Source of the DNA: Acidimicrobiales bacterium
GTDB lineage: Bacteria; Actinomycetota; Acidimicrobiia; Acidimicrobiales; JBBRKR01
Assembly: GCA_038231795.1 (NCBI GenBank)
Contig: JBBRKR010000013.1
Coordinates: forward strand, 20,164-84,163
DNA: 64,000 bases
Reading direction: 5' to 3'
Notes under the pieces: model-generated
Told to the model about the DNA's origin: nothing
The model's input: only the letters and a program-made list of their open reading frames with translations
Database searches by the model: none
Translations under genes and position numbers: made by a program
Shown: positions 21,114 through 30,828 of the stretch, piece by piece
Position numbering within the stretch: position 1 is the stretch's first letter
How the letters are laid out: each line of letters opens with the position of its first letter

Positions 21114-21157
21114 TCAGCCCTACATTACGCGGCGGGCGATCAGCTAGACACACCAAT

Positions 21158-21364
21158 ATGACTTCACGTCCGCCTTCGCCCATTGACCTCGGTCGTTTGT
21201 CGTCGCTCCACAGCACCGTGGGCGAGTTGTCACGAGAAGTCACCTCGTTGGCGAATCAATTGGCGAATGCCAAACGCGACGATGCTGCTACACGAATGTA
21301 CGAGGCCGAGCGAGGGCTCACCAGCGCCGTGCGCAAACTCGAACAAGTGATGGGGATGCTCTAA
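21158..21364 (+). CDS. Small helical hypothetical protein (68 aa)
   Basis: Fills the gap between hisC and the uvrA-like gene. Amphipathic helical pattern (LSSLHSTVGEL...MYEAERGLTSAVRKL). Confidence 0.65.
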   Translation: MTSRPPSPIDLGRLSSLHSTVGELSREVTSLANQLANAKRDDAATRMYEAERGLTSAVRKLEQVMGML

Positions 21365-21374
21365 CCCACGGAGG

Positions 21375-23762
21375 TTACGGCCCGACGTACGCCGCCAGAT
21401 GTTGTCCCGTGAGCGTGGACCGGGCCGCCACGAGATCGGCGGGCGTGCCTTCAAAAACTAGTCGGCCGCCGTCGTGCCCAGCTCCGGGGCCGAGGTCAAT
21501 GATCCAATCGGCGTGCGCCATCACGGCCTGATGATGCTCGATCACGATAACTGACTTGCCGGCGTCGACGAGTCGGTCAAGGAGTCCAAGCAGGTTGTCA
21601 ATATCGGCGAGGTGAAGCCCGGCAGTCGGCTCATCGAGCACATAGATCGCTCCCTGTTCAGCCATCTGGCTGGCCAGCTTGAGTCGTTGTCGTTCTCCTC
21701 CCGACAGAGTGGTGAGCGGTTGGCCCAGGCTGATGTAGCCAAGCCCCACATCCACAAGACGGCTCAATATGACGCCGGCCGCCGGTGTTCGGGCGTCGCC
21801 AGAAGCGAAAAACGTCGCCGCCTCAGCCACCGACATAGCGAGAACTTCACTGATGTCGCAGCCGCCGAATCGGTATACCAATACCGACTCGTGAAATCGC
21901 TTCCCGTCGCACTCTTCGCACAACGTGGCCACGCCCGCCATCATTGCTAGGTCAGTGAAAATCACGCCCGCCCCGTTGCACGTTGGGCATGCTCCTTCCG
22001 AGTTGGCGCTAAATAGCGAAGCGCTGACTCCATTGGCCTTGGCGAAGGCCTTTCGAATTGGATCCAGCAGGCCGCTATAGGTCGCTGGGTTGCTGCGGCG
22101 CGACCCTCGAATCGCCGTCTGATCGACTGTGACCACGCCGTCGCGTTTCGACACAGACCCCGAAATCAATGAGCTCTTCCCAGAGCCGGCAACTCCAGTA
22201 ACGACGACGAGTACGCCAAGCGGAATGTCCACGTTGAGGTTTTGCAAGTTGTGGGTGTCGGCGCCGCGCACTTCCATTGCGCCCCGCGCCGAGCGCGCGG
22301 CGGACTTCACTGCCACTCGATCGCCGAGATGCCTTCCAGTAACGGTGTCACTGGCCTTCAGCCCAGCTACCGACCCCTCGAAACACACCGTGCCGCCGCC
22401 AGTTCCCGCGCCAGGGCCAAGGTCCACGACATGGTCAGCAATAGCGATCACTTCCGGCTTGTGCTCCACCACCAAAACGGTGTTGCCCTTGTCGCGTAAC
22501 CGCAGTAGCAGTTGGTTCATTCGTTGAATGTCATGGGGATGAAGGCCCACCGTTGGCTCATCAAAAACGTAGGTCACATCGGTGAGCGAGGAACCCAAAT
22601 GACGGATCATTTTCACCCGCTGAGCTTCACCGCCAGACAGCGTGCCAGATGGTCGGTCGAGCGATAGGTACCCAAGCCCGATTTCCACGAACGATGCCAA
22701 ACTATTGGTAAGCGTGAAAACCAACGGAGCCACAGAACCATCGGCTATAGCCCGCACCCACACCTCCAAATCGCTGATTTGCATGGCGCAGGCGTCGGCA
22801 ATATTTACGTCGCCAATGCGACACGACCGTGCTCCTTCGCTGAGTCGCGTGCCGCCGCAATCGGGGCAACTGGAGAACGTGACCGCCCGGTCGACGAACG
22901 CCCGCACGTGAGGCTGCAGGGCGTCAGGGTCTTTCGATAGCATCGATTTCTGGACCTTTGAAACCAAGCCCTCATAGGTGAGATTGATGCCGCTGATCTT
23001 CACCTTTGTTGGCTCCCGATACAGGAAATCGTTGCGTTCTTTCTTGGTGTATTTGCCAATTGGTTTCGCCGGATCCAAAAACCCCGATTCACAAAAGATC
23101 CGCCCAAACCAGCCATCCATCGAATAGCCAGGGACGGTGATCGCACCTTGCGACAACGACTTTGCTTCGTCAAACAGTTGGGTGAGATCGATATCGGAAA
23201 CGTGTCCTCGCCCTTCACATCGAGAGCACATTCCGCCTGTGCGGTTAAACGTAGTGCGCACTGTTTTGCTTGCCCCTCGCTCGACAGTTATTGCTCCGCT
23301 GGCTCGCACGGAAGGAACGTTGAAGGCCAGCGCGCTAGGTGAGGCAACGCTCGGCTGGCCAAGGCGAGCAAACAGAATTCGCAAAAGAGCATTGGCGTCG
23401 GTAGCGGTACCTACCGTTGACCGAGTGTCACCGCCGAGCCGTTGTTGGTCCACGATAATCGCCGTGGAAAGCCCATCGAGCACGTCGACGTCGGGGCGAG
23501 CCAGGGTTGGCATGAAACCTTGCACGAAGGCGCTATACGTTTCGTTGATCATGCGCTGCGACTCGGCGGCAATGGTATTAAATACCAATGAGCTTTTGCC
23601 GGAGCCCGACACCCCGGTAAACACGGTGAGCCGACGCTTGGGTATGTCGATGGAAACGTCTTTAAGATTGTTTTCCCGAGCGCCTTGAACTCGAATCACA
23701 TCATGGGTGTCGGCGATATGAACCGCCTTGAGCGTGGCTGATGTCTTCATGAACATGCTCAC
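21375..23762 (-). CDS. UvrA-like ATPase of the short UvrA2/DrrC class
   Basis: GARENNLK, two Walker A motifs ([16 protein letters not shown]), two LSGGE motifs and Zn-binding CxxC pairs. At 795 aa it is shorter than canonical UvrA. Alternative start ATG 23756. Confidence 0.92.
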   Translation of the reverse strand: MSMFMKTSATLKAVHIADTHDVIRVQGARENNLKDVSIDIPKRRLTVFTGVSGSGKSSLVFNTIAAESQRMINETYSAFVQGFMPTLARPDVDVLDGLSTAIIVDQQRLGGDTRSTVGTATDANALLRILFARLGQPSVASPSALAFNVPSVRASGAITVERGASKTVRTTFNRTGGMCSRCEGRGHVSDIDLTQLFDEAKSLSQGAITVPGYSMDGWFGRIFCESGFLDPAKPIGKYTKKERNDFLYREPTKVKISGINLTYEGLVSKVQKSMLSKDPDALQPHVRAFVDRAVTFSSCPDCGGTRLSEGARSCRIGDVNIADACAMQISDLEVWVRAIADGSVAPLVFTLTNSLASFVEIGLGYLSLDRPSGTLSGGEAQRVKMIRHLGSSLTDVTYVFDEPTVGLHPHDIQRMNQLLLRLRDKGNTVLVVEHKPEVIAIADHVVDLGPGAGTGGGTVCFEGSVAGLKASDTVTGRHLGDRVAVKSAARSARGAMEVRGADTHNLQNLNVDIPLGVLVVVTGVAGSGKSSLISGSVSKRDGVVTVDQTAIRGSRRSNPATYSGLLDPIRKAFAKANGVSASLFSANSEGACPTCNGAGVIFTDLAMMAGVATLCEECDGKRFHESVLVYRFGGCDISEVLAMSVAEAATFFASGDARTPAAGVILSRLVDVGLGYISLGQPLTTLSGGERQRLKLASQMAEQGAIYVLDEPTAGLHLADIDNLLGLLDRLVDAGKSVIVIEHHQAVMAHADWIIDLGPGAGHDGGRLVFEGTPADLVAARSTLTGQHLAAYVGP

Positions 23763-23825
23763 TTTCCTACCGTGGTTCTCGGCGTTTCATTCTCGCCCGT
23801 CTGGCATGTCGTTCGAAATCTGATG

Positions 23826-23859
23826 AAAAGCGGAGAAGCCGCCCACAAGGGGCGGCTCC
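23826..23859 (-). terminator. Candidate intrinsic terminator or attenuator hairpin upstream of the UvrA2/DrrC gene
   Basis: Minus-strand GGAGCCGCCC-CTTGT-GGGCGGCTTC (10 bp, one G-U pair) followed by TCCGCTTTT. Confidence 0.6.
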
Positions 23860-23931
23860 ATCACGTGATGGCGCTAAGCGGCGGATCTCGGCGCACATCT
23901 CGCAAACCAGGTGGCGGGTACCTGCTTGCGT
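23826..23931 (-). ncRNA. Candidate structured leader RNA or small RNA (~105 nt), family not recognised
   Basis: Bounded by a -35/-10 promoter and a terminator-like hairpin. Contains an 11-bp stem at 23901-23930 and a perfect 14-nt palindrome at 23858-23871. Confidence 0.45.
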
Positions 23932-23936
23932 TTCAC

Positions 23937-23965
23937 ATCATAAACACGTTCCACCTACCGGGCAA
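23937..23965 (-). promoter_or_regulatory. Sigma70/SigA-type promoter TTGCCC-N17-TATGAT
   Basis: -35 at 23965-23960, exact 17-nt spacer, -10 at 23942-23937. It lies in the only long intergenic region. Confidence 0.65.
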
Positions 23966-24065
23966 GGGGCCGACAGGAAATTTTGCCAGTTTCTTACATT
24001 CGATTTTGAATGTGTATCGACTGATTTAATTGAATAGTGCATTAAATGCCCGCTCACAGCGTGAA

Positions 24066-24770
24066 CTATTTGATTTTCACTTCTATCGCAGGTCGGCGCG
24101 GCGATTTCGACTTTGTAGTCGTTGGCGATTGGTCAACCTTGCTCGGGCATAAATGAGCCAAAGAACACTCCCCACATTTGGGCGAACGGGCGGCACATGT
24201 TCGGCGTCCATGCAAGATGAGCCGCAAACTAAATCCGCCCCATTGGGCCGGTGGCAACAGCTTGTTAAGCACCATTTCAATTTTCACGGGGTCGTCTTGC
24301 GTCGTCAGCCCCAGTCTGTTGGACAAGCGTCCAACATGAGTATCGACAGGAAGGCCGGGAAGATCGAAGACAACGCTGCGCACCACGTTGCCCGTCTTAC
24401 GTCCAACGCCAGGCAATGTCACGAGATCTTCCAGCGCGCTCGGCACCTCCCCCCCGAAACGGGTCTCCACGGCGCTGGCCATTCCGATAAGACTGCGCGC
24501 CTTTGCCCTAAAGAATCCTGTGGGGTGAATGATGGCTTCGAGCTCTTCAGGGTTGGCAGCCGCCAACGATTGTGAGGTGGGATATTTGGCGAACAACGCA
24601 GGTGTGACCTGATTGACACGAACGTCCGTGCACTGGGCAGAAAGGATGGTGGCCGACAATAATTCGAACGCATTGCGATGATCGAGCTCACAAATGGCCA
24701 CCGGAAAGTCTTCGACGAGAATGGCGTGAATGGCCGCGGCTCGGGTTTTTGGTGTGCGTGGAATACCCAT
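24066..24770 (-). CDS. nth: Endonuclease III
   Basis: ILSAQCTD, HhH motif LPGVGRKT, VDTHV and the Cx6Cx2Cx5C Fe-S motif. Confidence 0.97.
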   Translation of the reverse strand: MGIPRTPKTRAAAIHAILVEDFPVAICELDHRNAFELLSATILSAQCTDVRVNQVTPALFAKYPTSQSLAAANPEELEAIIHPTGFFRAKARSLIGMASAVETRFGGEVPSALEDLVTLPGVGRKTGNVVRSVVFDLPGLPVDTHVGRLSNRLGLTTQDDPVKIEMVLNKLLPPAQWGGFSLRLILHGRRTCAARSPKCGECSLAHLCPSKVDQSPTTTKSKSPRRPAIEVKIK

Positions 24771-24802
24771 GGGTGCCAGACGCTACACGTAGGCTGGCAC
24801 AG

Positions 24803-25639
24803 ATGATTCGGCTCGAGCACCACCACCCGGTGACGAGCGCCGATGTCGTTCGAATTCGCAAACTTGCCGCCCGTTCGAGTGATCGTGGCCTTTCCGATGA
24901 CTATTGGCTTGAGCTTGCGAGCGGGTTGGGACAAGGATTCCTAGCGTTCGAGGGCAACGCGCTCGTGGGCTACGGGCATATGTCGTTGGCTGACGGCACC
25001 ACGACCGTTCAGATCCTGACCACGGATCCCTTTACCGTGGCCGTGGAAGCGGCTGTCCTCGAACACGTGGCAGGGCCCGGCAGGTGGAACTGGTGGGTTC
25101 TGGATCCGACCGATCAGGAGAAGGCGCTAGCAGCTTCTGCTGGTTTGGAAGTTTCTCGACAGGTGGTTCAAATGCGACGCCAGCTGCCGGCTCATCCAGC
25201 TCTTGCAGCGCCCACCCGAGCGTTTCGGCCAGGTCTCGACGACCGTGAATGGCTAGCGGTTAACGCACGTGCTTTTGCTTCGCACCCCGAGCAAGGGGCC
25301 TGGACAATCAACATGTTGACTGCCCGGTTTGCCGAGCCATGGTTTCGAGCCGATGGCTTTTTAATTCACGAAGTCGGCGGGGCAATGGCCGGATTTTGTT
25401 GGACAAAAATCCATTCTCAGCTCGCCACACCGCTGGGTGAGATTTACGTCGTAGCAGTAGACCCTCCGTTCCATGGAAGAGGGCTAGGCAGAGCGCTTAC
25501 AGAAGCTGGCCTGGCGTGGCTCGAAAGCCAAGGCATTGCCGTGGGCATGTTGTACGTCGACGCGACCAACAGCGCTGCGGTAGCGCTCTACCGCTCAATG
25601 GGATTTGAGGCGGCCCACATCAACACACTCTTTTCGTGA
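24803..25639 (+). CDS. mshD: Mycothiol synthase (tandem GNAT)
   Basis: NARAFASHPEQG, GFCWTKIH, GEIYVVAVDP, GRGLG and LYVDATN. TAGGCT lies 7 nt before ATG 24803. Confidence 0.9.
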   Translation: MIRLEHHHPVTSADVVRIRKLAARSSDRGLSDDYWLELASGLGQGFLAFEGNALVGYGHMSLADGTTTVQILTTDPFTVAVEAAVLEHVAGPGRWNWWVLDPTDQEKALAASAGLEVSRQVVQMRRQLPAHPALAAPTRAFRPGLDDREWLAVNARAFASHPEQGAWTINMLTARFAEPWFRADGFLIHEVGGAMAGFCWTKIHSQLATPLGEIYVVAVDPPFHGRGLGRALTEAGLAWLESQGIAVGMLYVDATNSAAVALYRSMGFEAAHINTLFS

Positions 25640-25652
25640 CAGCGTTAGCGGA

Positions 25653-26426
25653 TCACTTGCTGCTGGCACCCATGAGGTGGCCCACGAAATAGGTAAATCC
25701 GGCGGCTACAAATCCGATGAGTAACTGGCGCGATGTCGAGCGAAAACGCGACCGGCCGGTGAACCCGGCCAGCGCAAAACCGATAGTGCCAATTCCCAAC
25801 CCCCCAAGTCCGATCGACCACCATTTAGCGGCGGTGCCCTGGCCGACGAGCCATGGGAACAGAGGCAAAAACGCACCGACGGCAAAACTCACCAGCGACC
25901 ACAGGGCCGCTTCGATTGGTGAGCCGAGCGACCGGGAATCGATGCCCATCTCTTCTCGAGCATGCACTTCTAACGCCAGCTCGGGGTCCTTCATGAGCGC
26001 TTCGGCCACGATGCGCGCCGGCTCTGCCGGTACGCCTCTGGCTTCGTAGATTTCCGCCAGTTCGGCGATTTCGAGCTCAGGATTTTTGCGATGTTCGCGT
26101 CGCTCAATTTCGAGCTCACGTTCCATGAGTTCTTTTTGAGCACTTACCGATACATATTCACCAGCAGCCATAGAGACTGCACCTGCCACCAAGCCAGCCA
26201 TGCCAGCGGTACGCACTGTGGATGCCGACACGTTCGATGCCGCAATTCCCAGGATCAAACTCACGTTGGTGAGTAGCCCATCGCTTGCACCAAAGACGGC
26301 GGCTCGAGCAGCACCTCCCTGCACGTTGCGGTGGTGGGCCTTGCGCATCCCCGCCGGCTGCGCACCAAGGTGTGCAGCAGGATGGGCGACAGAGTGGGTT
26401 GAGTCGTGGTCGTGGCTAGTCGTCAC
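25653..26426 (-). CDS. VIT1/CCC1-family Fe/Mn transporter
   Basis: RAAVFGASDGL, SMAAGEYVSV and HAREEMGI. His-rich N-terminus. Confidence 0.93.
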   Translation of the reverse strand: MTTSHDHDSTHSVAHPAAHLGAQPAGMRKAHHRNVQGGAARAAVFGASDGLLTNVSLILGIAASNVSASTVRTAGMAGLVAGAVSMAAGEYVSVSAQKELMERELEIERREHRKNPELEIAELAEIYEARGVPAEPARIVAEALMKDPELALEVHAREEMGIDSRSLGSPIEAALWSLVSFAVGAFLPLFPWLVGQGTAAKWWSIGLGGLGIGTIGFALAGFTGRSRFRSTSRQLLIGFVAAGFTYFVGHLMGASSK

Positions 26427-26482
26427 GTAAGCAGTCTAGAGGCAGCGCCTGTCGATGACGCCCGGCTTTGTAGGCTTGAGTA

Positions 26483-27556
26483 GTGCCCATGCCCACCACC
26501 CCATCGTTGTATGACCTTGATGCCATGCAACTCGCTGATTTGCTCGATGGGCAACCCCGTTATCGGTTGGATCAAGTGTGGCAAGGGCTGTACAAGCATT
26601 CGTTGTTTCCCTATGAGATTTCCAACGTGCCCAAGGCACTGCGCGAGACACTTATTCAACGAGCACCAATGGCGTTGACAGAGGTGACCAAATCGGTCTC
26701 CGACATAGGCGACACCACGAAATGGTTGTGGCGCCTCATTGATGGATCCGTGGTGGAAACCGTGTTGATGTTGTATCCCGACCGGGCCACGGTGTGCGTG
26801 TCGACTCAGGCGGGTTGTGCCATGGCGTGCGGCTTTTGTGCCACTGGCCAAGCAGGTTTCGAGCGCAACTTGACGGCTGGTGAAATCGTGGAACAGTTGA
26901 TGCGAGCCCAAAGGGCGGCCGAAGGGCGGCGCGTCAGCAACATCGTGTACATGGGTATGGGCGAGCCCATGGCCAACTTTGATCGCATGTGGGCATCGGT
27001 CAACAAGATTCATGGCGATGTTGGCATCTCGGCCCGCCACCTCACCATCTCAACCGTCGGCATCATTCCTGGCATCAAACGACTCACAGAAGAGTCGTTG
27101 CCCGTGAATTTGGCAGTGTCATTGCACGCGGCCAATGACACGTTGCGCGACGAATTAGTGCCCATTAATAAGCGCTATCCGCTCGACGATTTGGCAGCCG
27201 CTTGCGCTGAATATGTGAAGGTCACCCGGCGTCGTTTGAGCCTCGAATGGGCGCTTATTGCCGACACTAACGATCGCGATTCCGATGCCCGAGAGCTCGC
27301 TGATTACGCCCGATCGTTAGGCGCGCACATCAACCTGATTCCCCTGAACCCCACGCCCGGATACCCCGTGATGGGCACGTCTCCCCAACGGGTGAACCGC
27401 TTTGTCACACTGCTCACCGACATGGGAGCCAACGCCACAGTTCGCCGCACACGGGGGACCGAAATCGACGCCGCCTGCGGCCAGCTAGCTGCAGGCCGCC
27501 CCACCAACACGCTGGTGCCTCTCACGATCAGCCGAGCGGCTCGCCAGGATCAGTGA
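26483..27556 (+). CDS. rlmN: Radical-SAM 23S rRNA m2A2503 methyltransferase
   Basis: CAMACGFC, MGMGEP, SLHA and AACGQL. Confidence 0.96.
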   Translation: MPMPTTPSLYDLDAMQLADLLDGQPRYRLDQVWQGLYKHSLFPYEISNVPKALRETLIQRAPMALTEVTKSVSDIGDTTKWLWRLIDGSVVETVLMLYPDRATVCVSTQAGCAMACGFCATGQAGFERNLTAGEIVEQLMRAQRAAEGRRVSNIVYMGMGEPMANFDRMWASVNKIHGDVGISARHLTISTVGIIPGIKRLTEESLPVNLAVSLHAANDTLRDELVPINKRYPLDDLAAACAEYVKVTRRRLSLEWALIADTNDRDSDARELADYARSLGAHINLIPLNPTPGYPVMGTSPQRVNRFVTLLTDMGANATVRRTRGTEIDAACGQLAAGRPTNTLVPLTISRAARQDQ

Positions 27557-27610
27557 CATGCCGGAGGGCACGAAACGTCGTGGCAGCACATCCGCATGAC
27601 ACAATGCCCC

Positions 27611-28066
27611 ATGACAAAAATCATCGATGGCATCGACGGACTCAAAGCTCTTGTGGGCGAACACCTTGGATATAGCAATGCCATGACCATCACCCAGGAA
27701 ATGGTCAACACGTTCGCCGACGCCACTGGCGATCATCAGTGGATCCACGTGGATGTGGAGCGGGCCAAATCTGGTCCTTTCGGCGGCCCCATTGCCCACG
27801 GTTATCTCACACTTTCGCTCGGCCCCACGTTGAGCCCTCAGATCATGGCGGTCAAAGGTATTGCCATGGCTGTCAACTATGGATGCAACAAAGTGCGCTT
27901 CCCGAGCCCCGTGCCTGTCGGGTCGGAACTGGTTTTGGGCGCCAAGCTCCTGAGCGTTGAAGATGTTGCCGGCGGAGCACAAGTGACCATGGAATTCGCG
28001 TTCCAGGTGCAGGGCGCCCCGAAGCCAAGTTGCATAGCCGAAGTCGTTTTCCGCTACTACGCCTGA
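27611..28066 (+). CDS. MaoC-family (R)-specific dehydratase
   Basis: FADATGDHQWIHVD, IAHGYLTLSL and NYGCNKVRF. Alternative start at 27596. Confidence 0.92.
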   Translation: MTKIIDGIDGLKALVGEHLGYSNAMTITQEMVNTFADATGDHQWIHVDVERAKSGPFGGPIAHGYLTLSLGPTLSPQIMAVKGIAMAVNYGCNKVRFPSPVPVGSELVLGAKLLSVEDVAGGAQVTMEFAFQVQGAPKPSCIAEVVFRYYA

Positions 28067-28078
28067 TCGCCAAACAGT

Positions 28079-29095
28079 TCACCCCACGGCGTCAAGCACG
28101 GATGCCAAATCGAGGTCGATTACCGCTGCTGCCATACGGCTCGACATCGACGCCATCATCACCCGCCCGCGATCAGTGCCAGGGTCCAGATTGATGTTGG
28201 CGACAGGCTTGTACATGAGCATCAACGCCGACAATCGGTATTCATGCCACAACTGATCAATTGATATCTTGGGGCGACGTTCGCAATAGCGATCTAGCAG
28301 CTCAGGCTCGAGTCGACGTCGATCATCCGTAGTGAGCGTCGTGAGCGTGAAGTGGGCCAGATCCCAACCAGCTGGTTGCTGGGCTGGCTGCTGCCAATCC
28401 AGAAGCACTGCCTCGCCTGTTGCTCGATCGATCAAGACATTGTCGCCGCGAATATCTCCATGGGTGAGCACCGATTCACCGCAATCGGCCCACCTATCAA
28501 GCACACGATCCATGCGGCCCACAAATCGTTCGGCGACGTCCATAGCCGCTCCAGGCCATTCGTAGCGGGCGGCGAAGGTTGGCCAAATATTTTGACAAAA
28601 CGGCGTGATGATCGCCAACACAGGATCATTCGCTCGAGGCAGCCATGCCGGCATCTCGTCAGCCCGAACAGAGTCATGCAAAATGGCCAACGCGTCCACC
28701 ACCGCAAATGCATGTTCATCGGTCGCTCCGCCAATTTGGTCAACTGGACACGTCGTCTCAGCAAGGTCATTGAGCACGAGAGCAAATTTGCCACTGTCAT
28801 CGTGTTCCACAGCAATGCAATTCGGCACTCTGCACTCGACAACCTTCGCTAGGTCTCGATAGAAGGCCACCTCGCGCTGGTACCAATGCATAGCCACGCT
28901 GGTGTACATCGTGATGGGATCGTTGCTGGCCAATTTGACCACGAACGTCTCGCCGTCGGCCACGACACGAAACAATTCCGACAAGATGCCGTACCCCTTG
29001 GGCATTTCGGTGACGATGACCGACGTGATCGGGCGTCGCACCATGGACGATATCCATTGGGAAGTGATGTCGGCGGCATATTCGGGCACAGTCAC
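28079..29095 (-). CDS. APH/choline-kinase-like phosphotransferase (EcKinase-like)
   Basis: REVAFY, HGDIRGDN (Brenner motif) and LLDWQ. Confidence 0.88.
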   Translation of the reverse strand: MTVPEYAADITSQWISSMVRRPITSVIVTEMPKGYGILSELFRVVADGETFVVKLASNDPITMYTSVAMHWYQREVAFYRDLAKVVECRVPNCIAVEHDDSGKFALVLNDLAETTCPVDQIGGATDEHAFAVVDALAILHDSVRADEMPAWLPRANDPVLAIITPFCQNIWPTFAARYEWPGAAMDVAERFVGRMDRVLDRWADCGESVLTHGDIRGDNVLIDRATGEAVLLDWQQPAQQPAGWDLAHFTLTTLTTDDRRRLEPELLDRYCERRPKISIDQLWHEYRLSALMLMYKPVANINLDPGTDRGRVMMASMSSRMAAAVIDLDLASVLDAVG

Positions 29096-29130
29096 GCCCC
29101 GATCGTAGGCATACCGTAGGGTTCCAAGCC

Positions 29131-30768
29131 ATGCCAGAGTTCAACGTTGCCGAAATTCATGAAGCCATTGCCGCCAGCCGCCCCGATGCAGAATGTCTGG
29201 TGTTTCGGGATCGGCGTTACACATGGGCCCAAGTGACCGAGCGAACCCGCCGTTTGGCCAACTATCTCATTGCTCAAGGACTCGGCTGCACGACTAAACG
29301 TAGCGACCTTGCCCAACACGAATCGGGCCAAGATCACCTCGGGATCTACCTCACCAACGGCAACGAATACCTCGAATGTATGGTGGGAGCTTTCAAGGCT
29401 CGGGTGGCGCCCTTCAACGTGAACTACCGATACGTGGCCGAAGAACTGCTGTACCTCCTGAACGATTCAGGGGCCACGGCCATCGTGTACTCAGGAGCAT
29501 TCGCATCCACGTTGGAAACGGTGCTTCCTCAGCTTCCAAAACTGCGGGTGCTTATTCAAGTGGCAGATGATTCTGGCGCTGACCTCCTGCCGGGAGCCGT
29601 GGAATACGAAGCGGCTTTGGCATCGGTGACGGCCGATAAACCAGCCGTCATATGGTCACCAGACGACCTGTACATCTTGTACACCGGTGGCACAACCGGA
29701 ATGCCGAAAGGCGTGCTGTGGCGCCAAGCTGACGCCTTCAGCGGATGCTTCGGCGGCGGCGAGCCCGCCACCGTCGATGAGGTACTCGCTGGTGCGCTTG
29801 GCGGGTCGCCCACCTTGCCTGCTCCCCCCTTCATGCACGGCGCCGGTCATTGGATCAGCTTTATGGCTTGGAACCGAGGAAACGCCGTCCACGTGCAGTC
29901 GATTCCTGATCGCCTCGAGCCCTCAGACGTGTTGGGCATCGTGCAGCGCGAGGCCATTGGTTTGCTGCTGATCGTGGGCGACGCTTTCGGGCGTCCAATT
30001 TTGGACGAGCTTGATGCAACAGCGGCAGCCGGAACGCCGTACGACCTGTCGAAATTGGCGGCCATTATTTCTGGTGGCGCAGCGCTTTCGGCACCGTTGA
30101 AGCAACGGTTCTTGAACCACGCGCCGCACTTGATGATCATCGACGGTTTGGGGTCTTCTGAGGCAGGAGGACAATCCAGCCAGATCTCGATGGCCGGTGC
30201 GCCGCCCACCACCGGCACATTCCCTCTGGTGCCGGGCAACGTGGTGTTGAGCGACGATCTCACTCGAGTTTTGGAGGCTGGCGACCCGGAAGTGGGGTGG
30301 CTTGCTAAATCGGGCCGCCTGCCGTTGGGCTATCTTGGCGATGCCGCAAAATCGGCCAGAACATGGATTGCGGTCGATGGCGTGCGGTACTCAGTGCCAG
30401 GCGACAGAGCCCGATTGCGCGACGCCCAAACTGTCGAGCTGCACGGCCGAGATTCTGTGACCATTAATTCCGGTGGCGAGAAAATATTTGCCGAAGAAAT
30501 CGAAGCCGCTTTACGCAATCATCTCGATGTGTACGACGTGGTGGTTACTGGTCGGCCAAGCGAACGATGGGGCAACGAAGTGATTGCCGTCGTGCAACTG
30601 TCGGCCGGGGCGTCACAAGACGAGGCCTCGCTATCGCTTGAGTGCGCCAAGCATGTGGCCCGTTACAAATTGCCGAAGGGCTACGTGTTCGTGGACAAGG
30701 TTGTGCGTTCGCCTGCCGGAAAAGCCGACTACCGATGGGCCAAACAGATTGCCTCCGGTGACCATTAG
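29131..30768 (+). CDS. Acyl-CoA synthetase (FadD19-like)
   Basis: NVNYRY, YTGGTTGMPKG, GSSE, GDRA, INSGGEKIFAEE and PAGKADY. Confidence 0.93.
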   Translation: MPEFNVAEIHEAIAASRPDAECLVFRDRRYTWAQVTERTRRLANYLIAQGLGCTTKRSDLAQHESGQDHLGIYLTNGNEYLECMVGAFKARVAPFNVNYRYVAEELLYLLNDSGATAIVYSGAFASTLETVLPQLPKLRVLIQVADDSGADLLPGAVEYEAALASVTADKPAVIWSPDDLYILYTGGTTGMPKGVLWRQADAFSGCFGGGEPATVDEVLAGALGGSPTLPAPPFMHGAGHWISFMAWNRGNAVHVQSIPDRLEPSDVLGIVQREAIGLLLIVGDAFGRPILDELDATAAAGTPYDLSKLAAIISGGAALSAPLKQRFLNHAPHLMIIDGLGSSEAGGQSSQISMAGAPPTTGTFPLVPGNVVLSDDLTRVLEAGDPEVGWLAKSGRLPLGYLGDAAKSARTWIAVDGVRYSVPGDRARLRDAQTVELHGRDSVTINSGGEKIFAEEIEAALRNHLDVYDVVVTGRPSERWGNEVIAVVQLSAGASQDEASLSLECAKHVARYKLPKGYVFVDKVVRSPAGKADYRWAKQIASGDH

Positions 30769-30828
30769 GCTGCAGCGCTTTGCGATGGTTCGCGAGTAAT
30801 CCAGGCCACGGGCAATAACCTGGCTTAT

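Noticed and set aside
23801..23816. TCGAAC upstream of the uvrA-like gene as a LexA (SOS) box
   Set aside because: Only one half-site; the matching GTTCGA after four bases is absent (TGCCAG).
23950..23976. TGTCGG as a PafBC/RecA-NDp DNA-damage promoter
   Set aside because: The spacing to TA is 12 rather than 10 nt, and the hexamer (TAGGTG) lacks the final T.
23772..24029. 85-aa plus-strand ORF in the long intergenic region
   Set aside because: No start signals or motifs. The region is better explained by the minus-strand promoter and RNA structures.
29131..30768. Acyl-CoA synthetase as the missing MenE
   Set aside because: Its motifs (NVNYRY, YTGGTTG, GKADY) fit the FadD19-like group. Adjacency to menG alone is insufficient.
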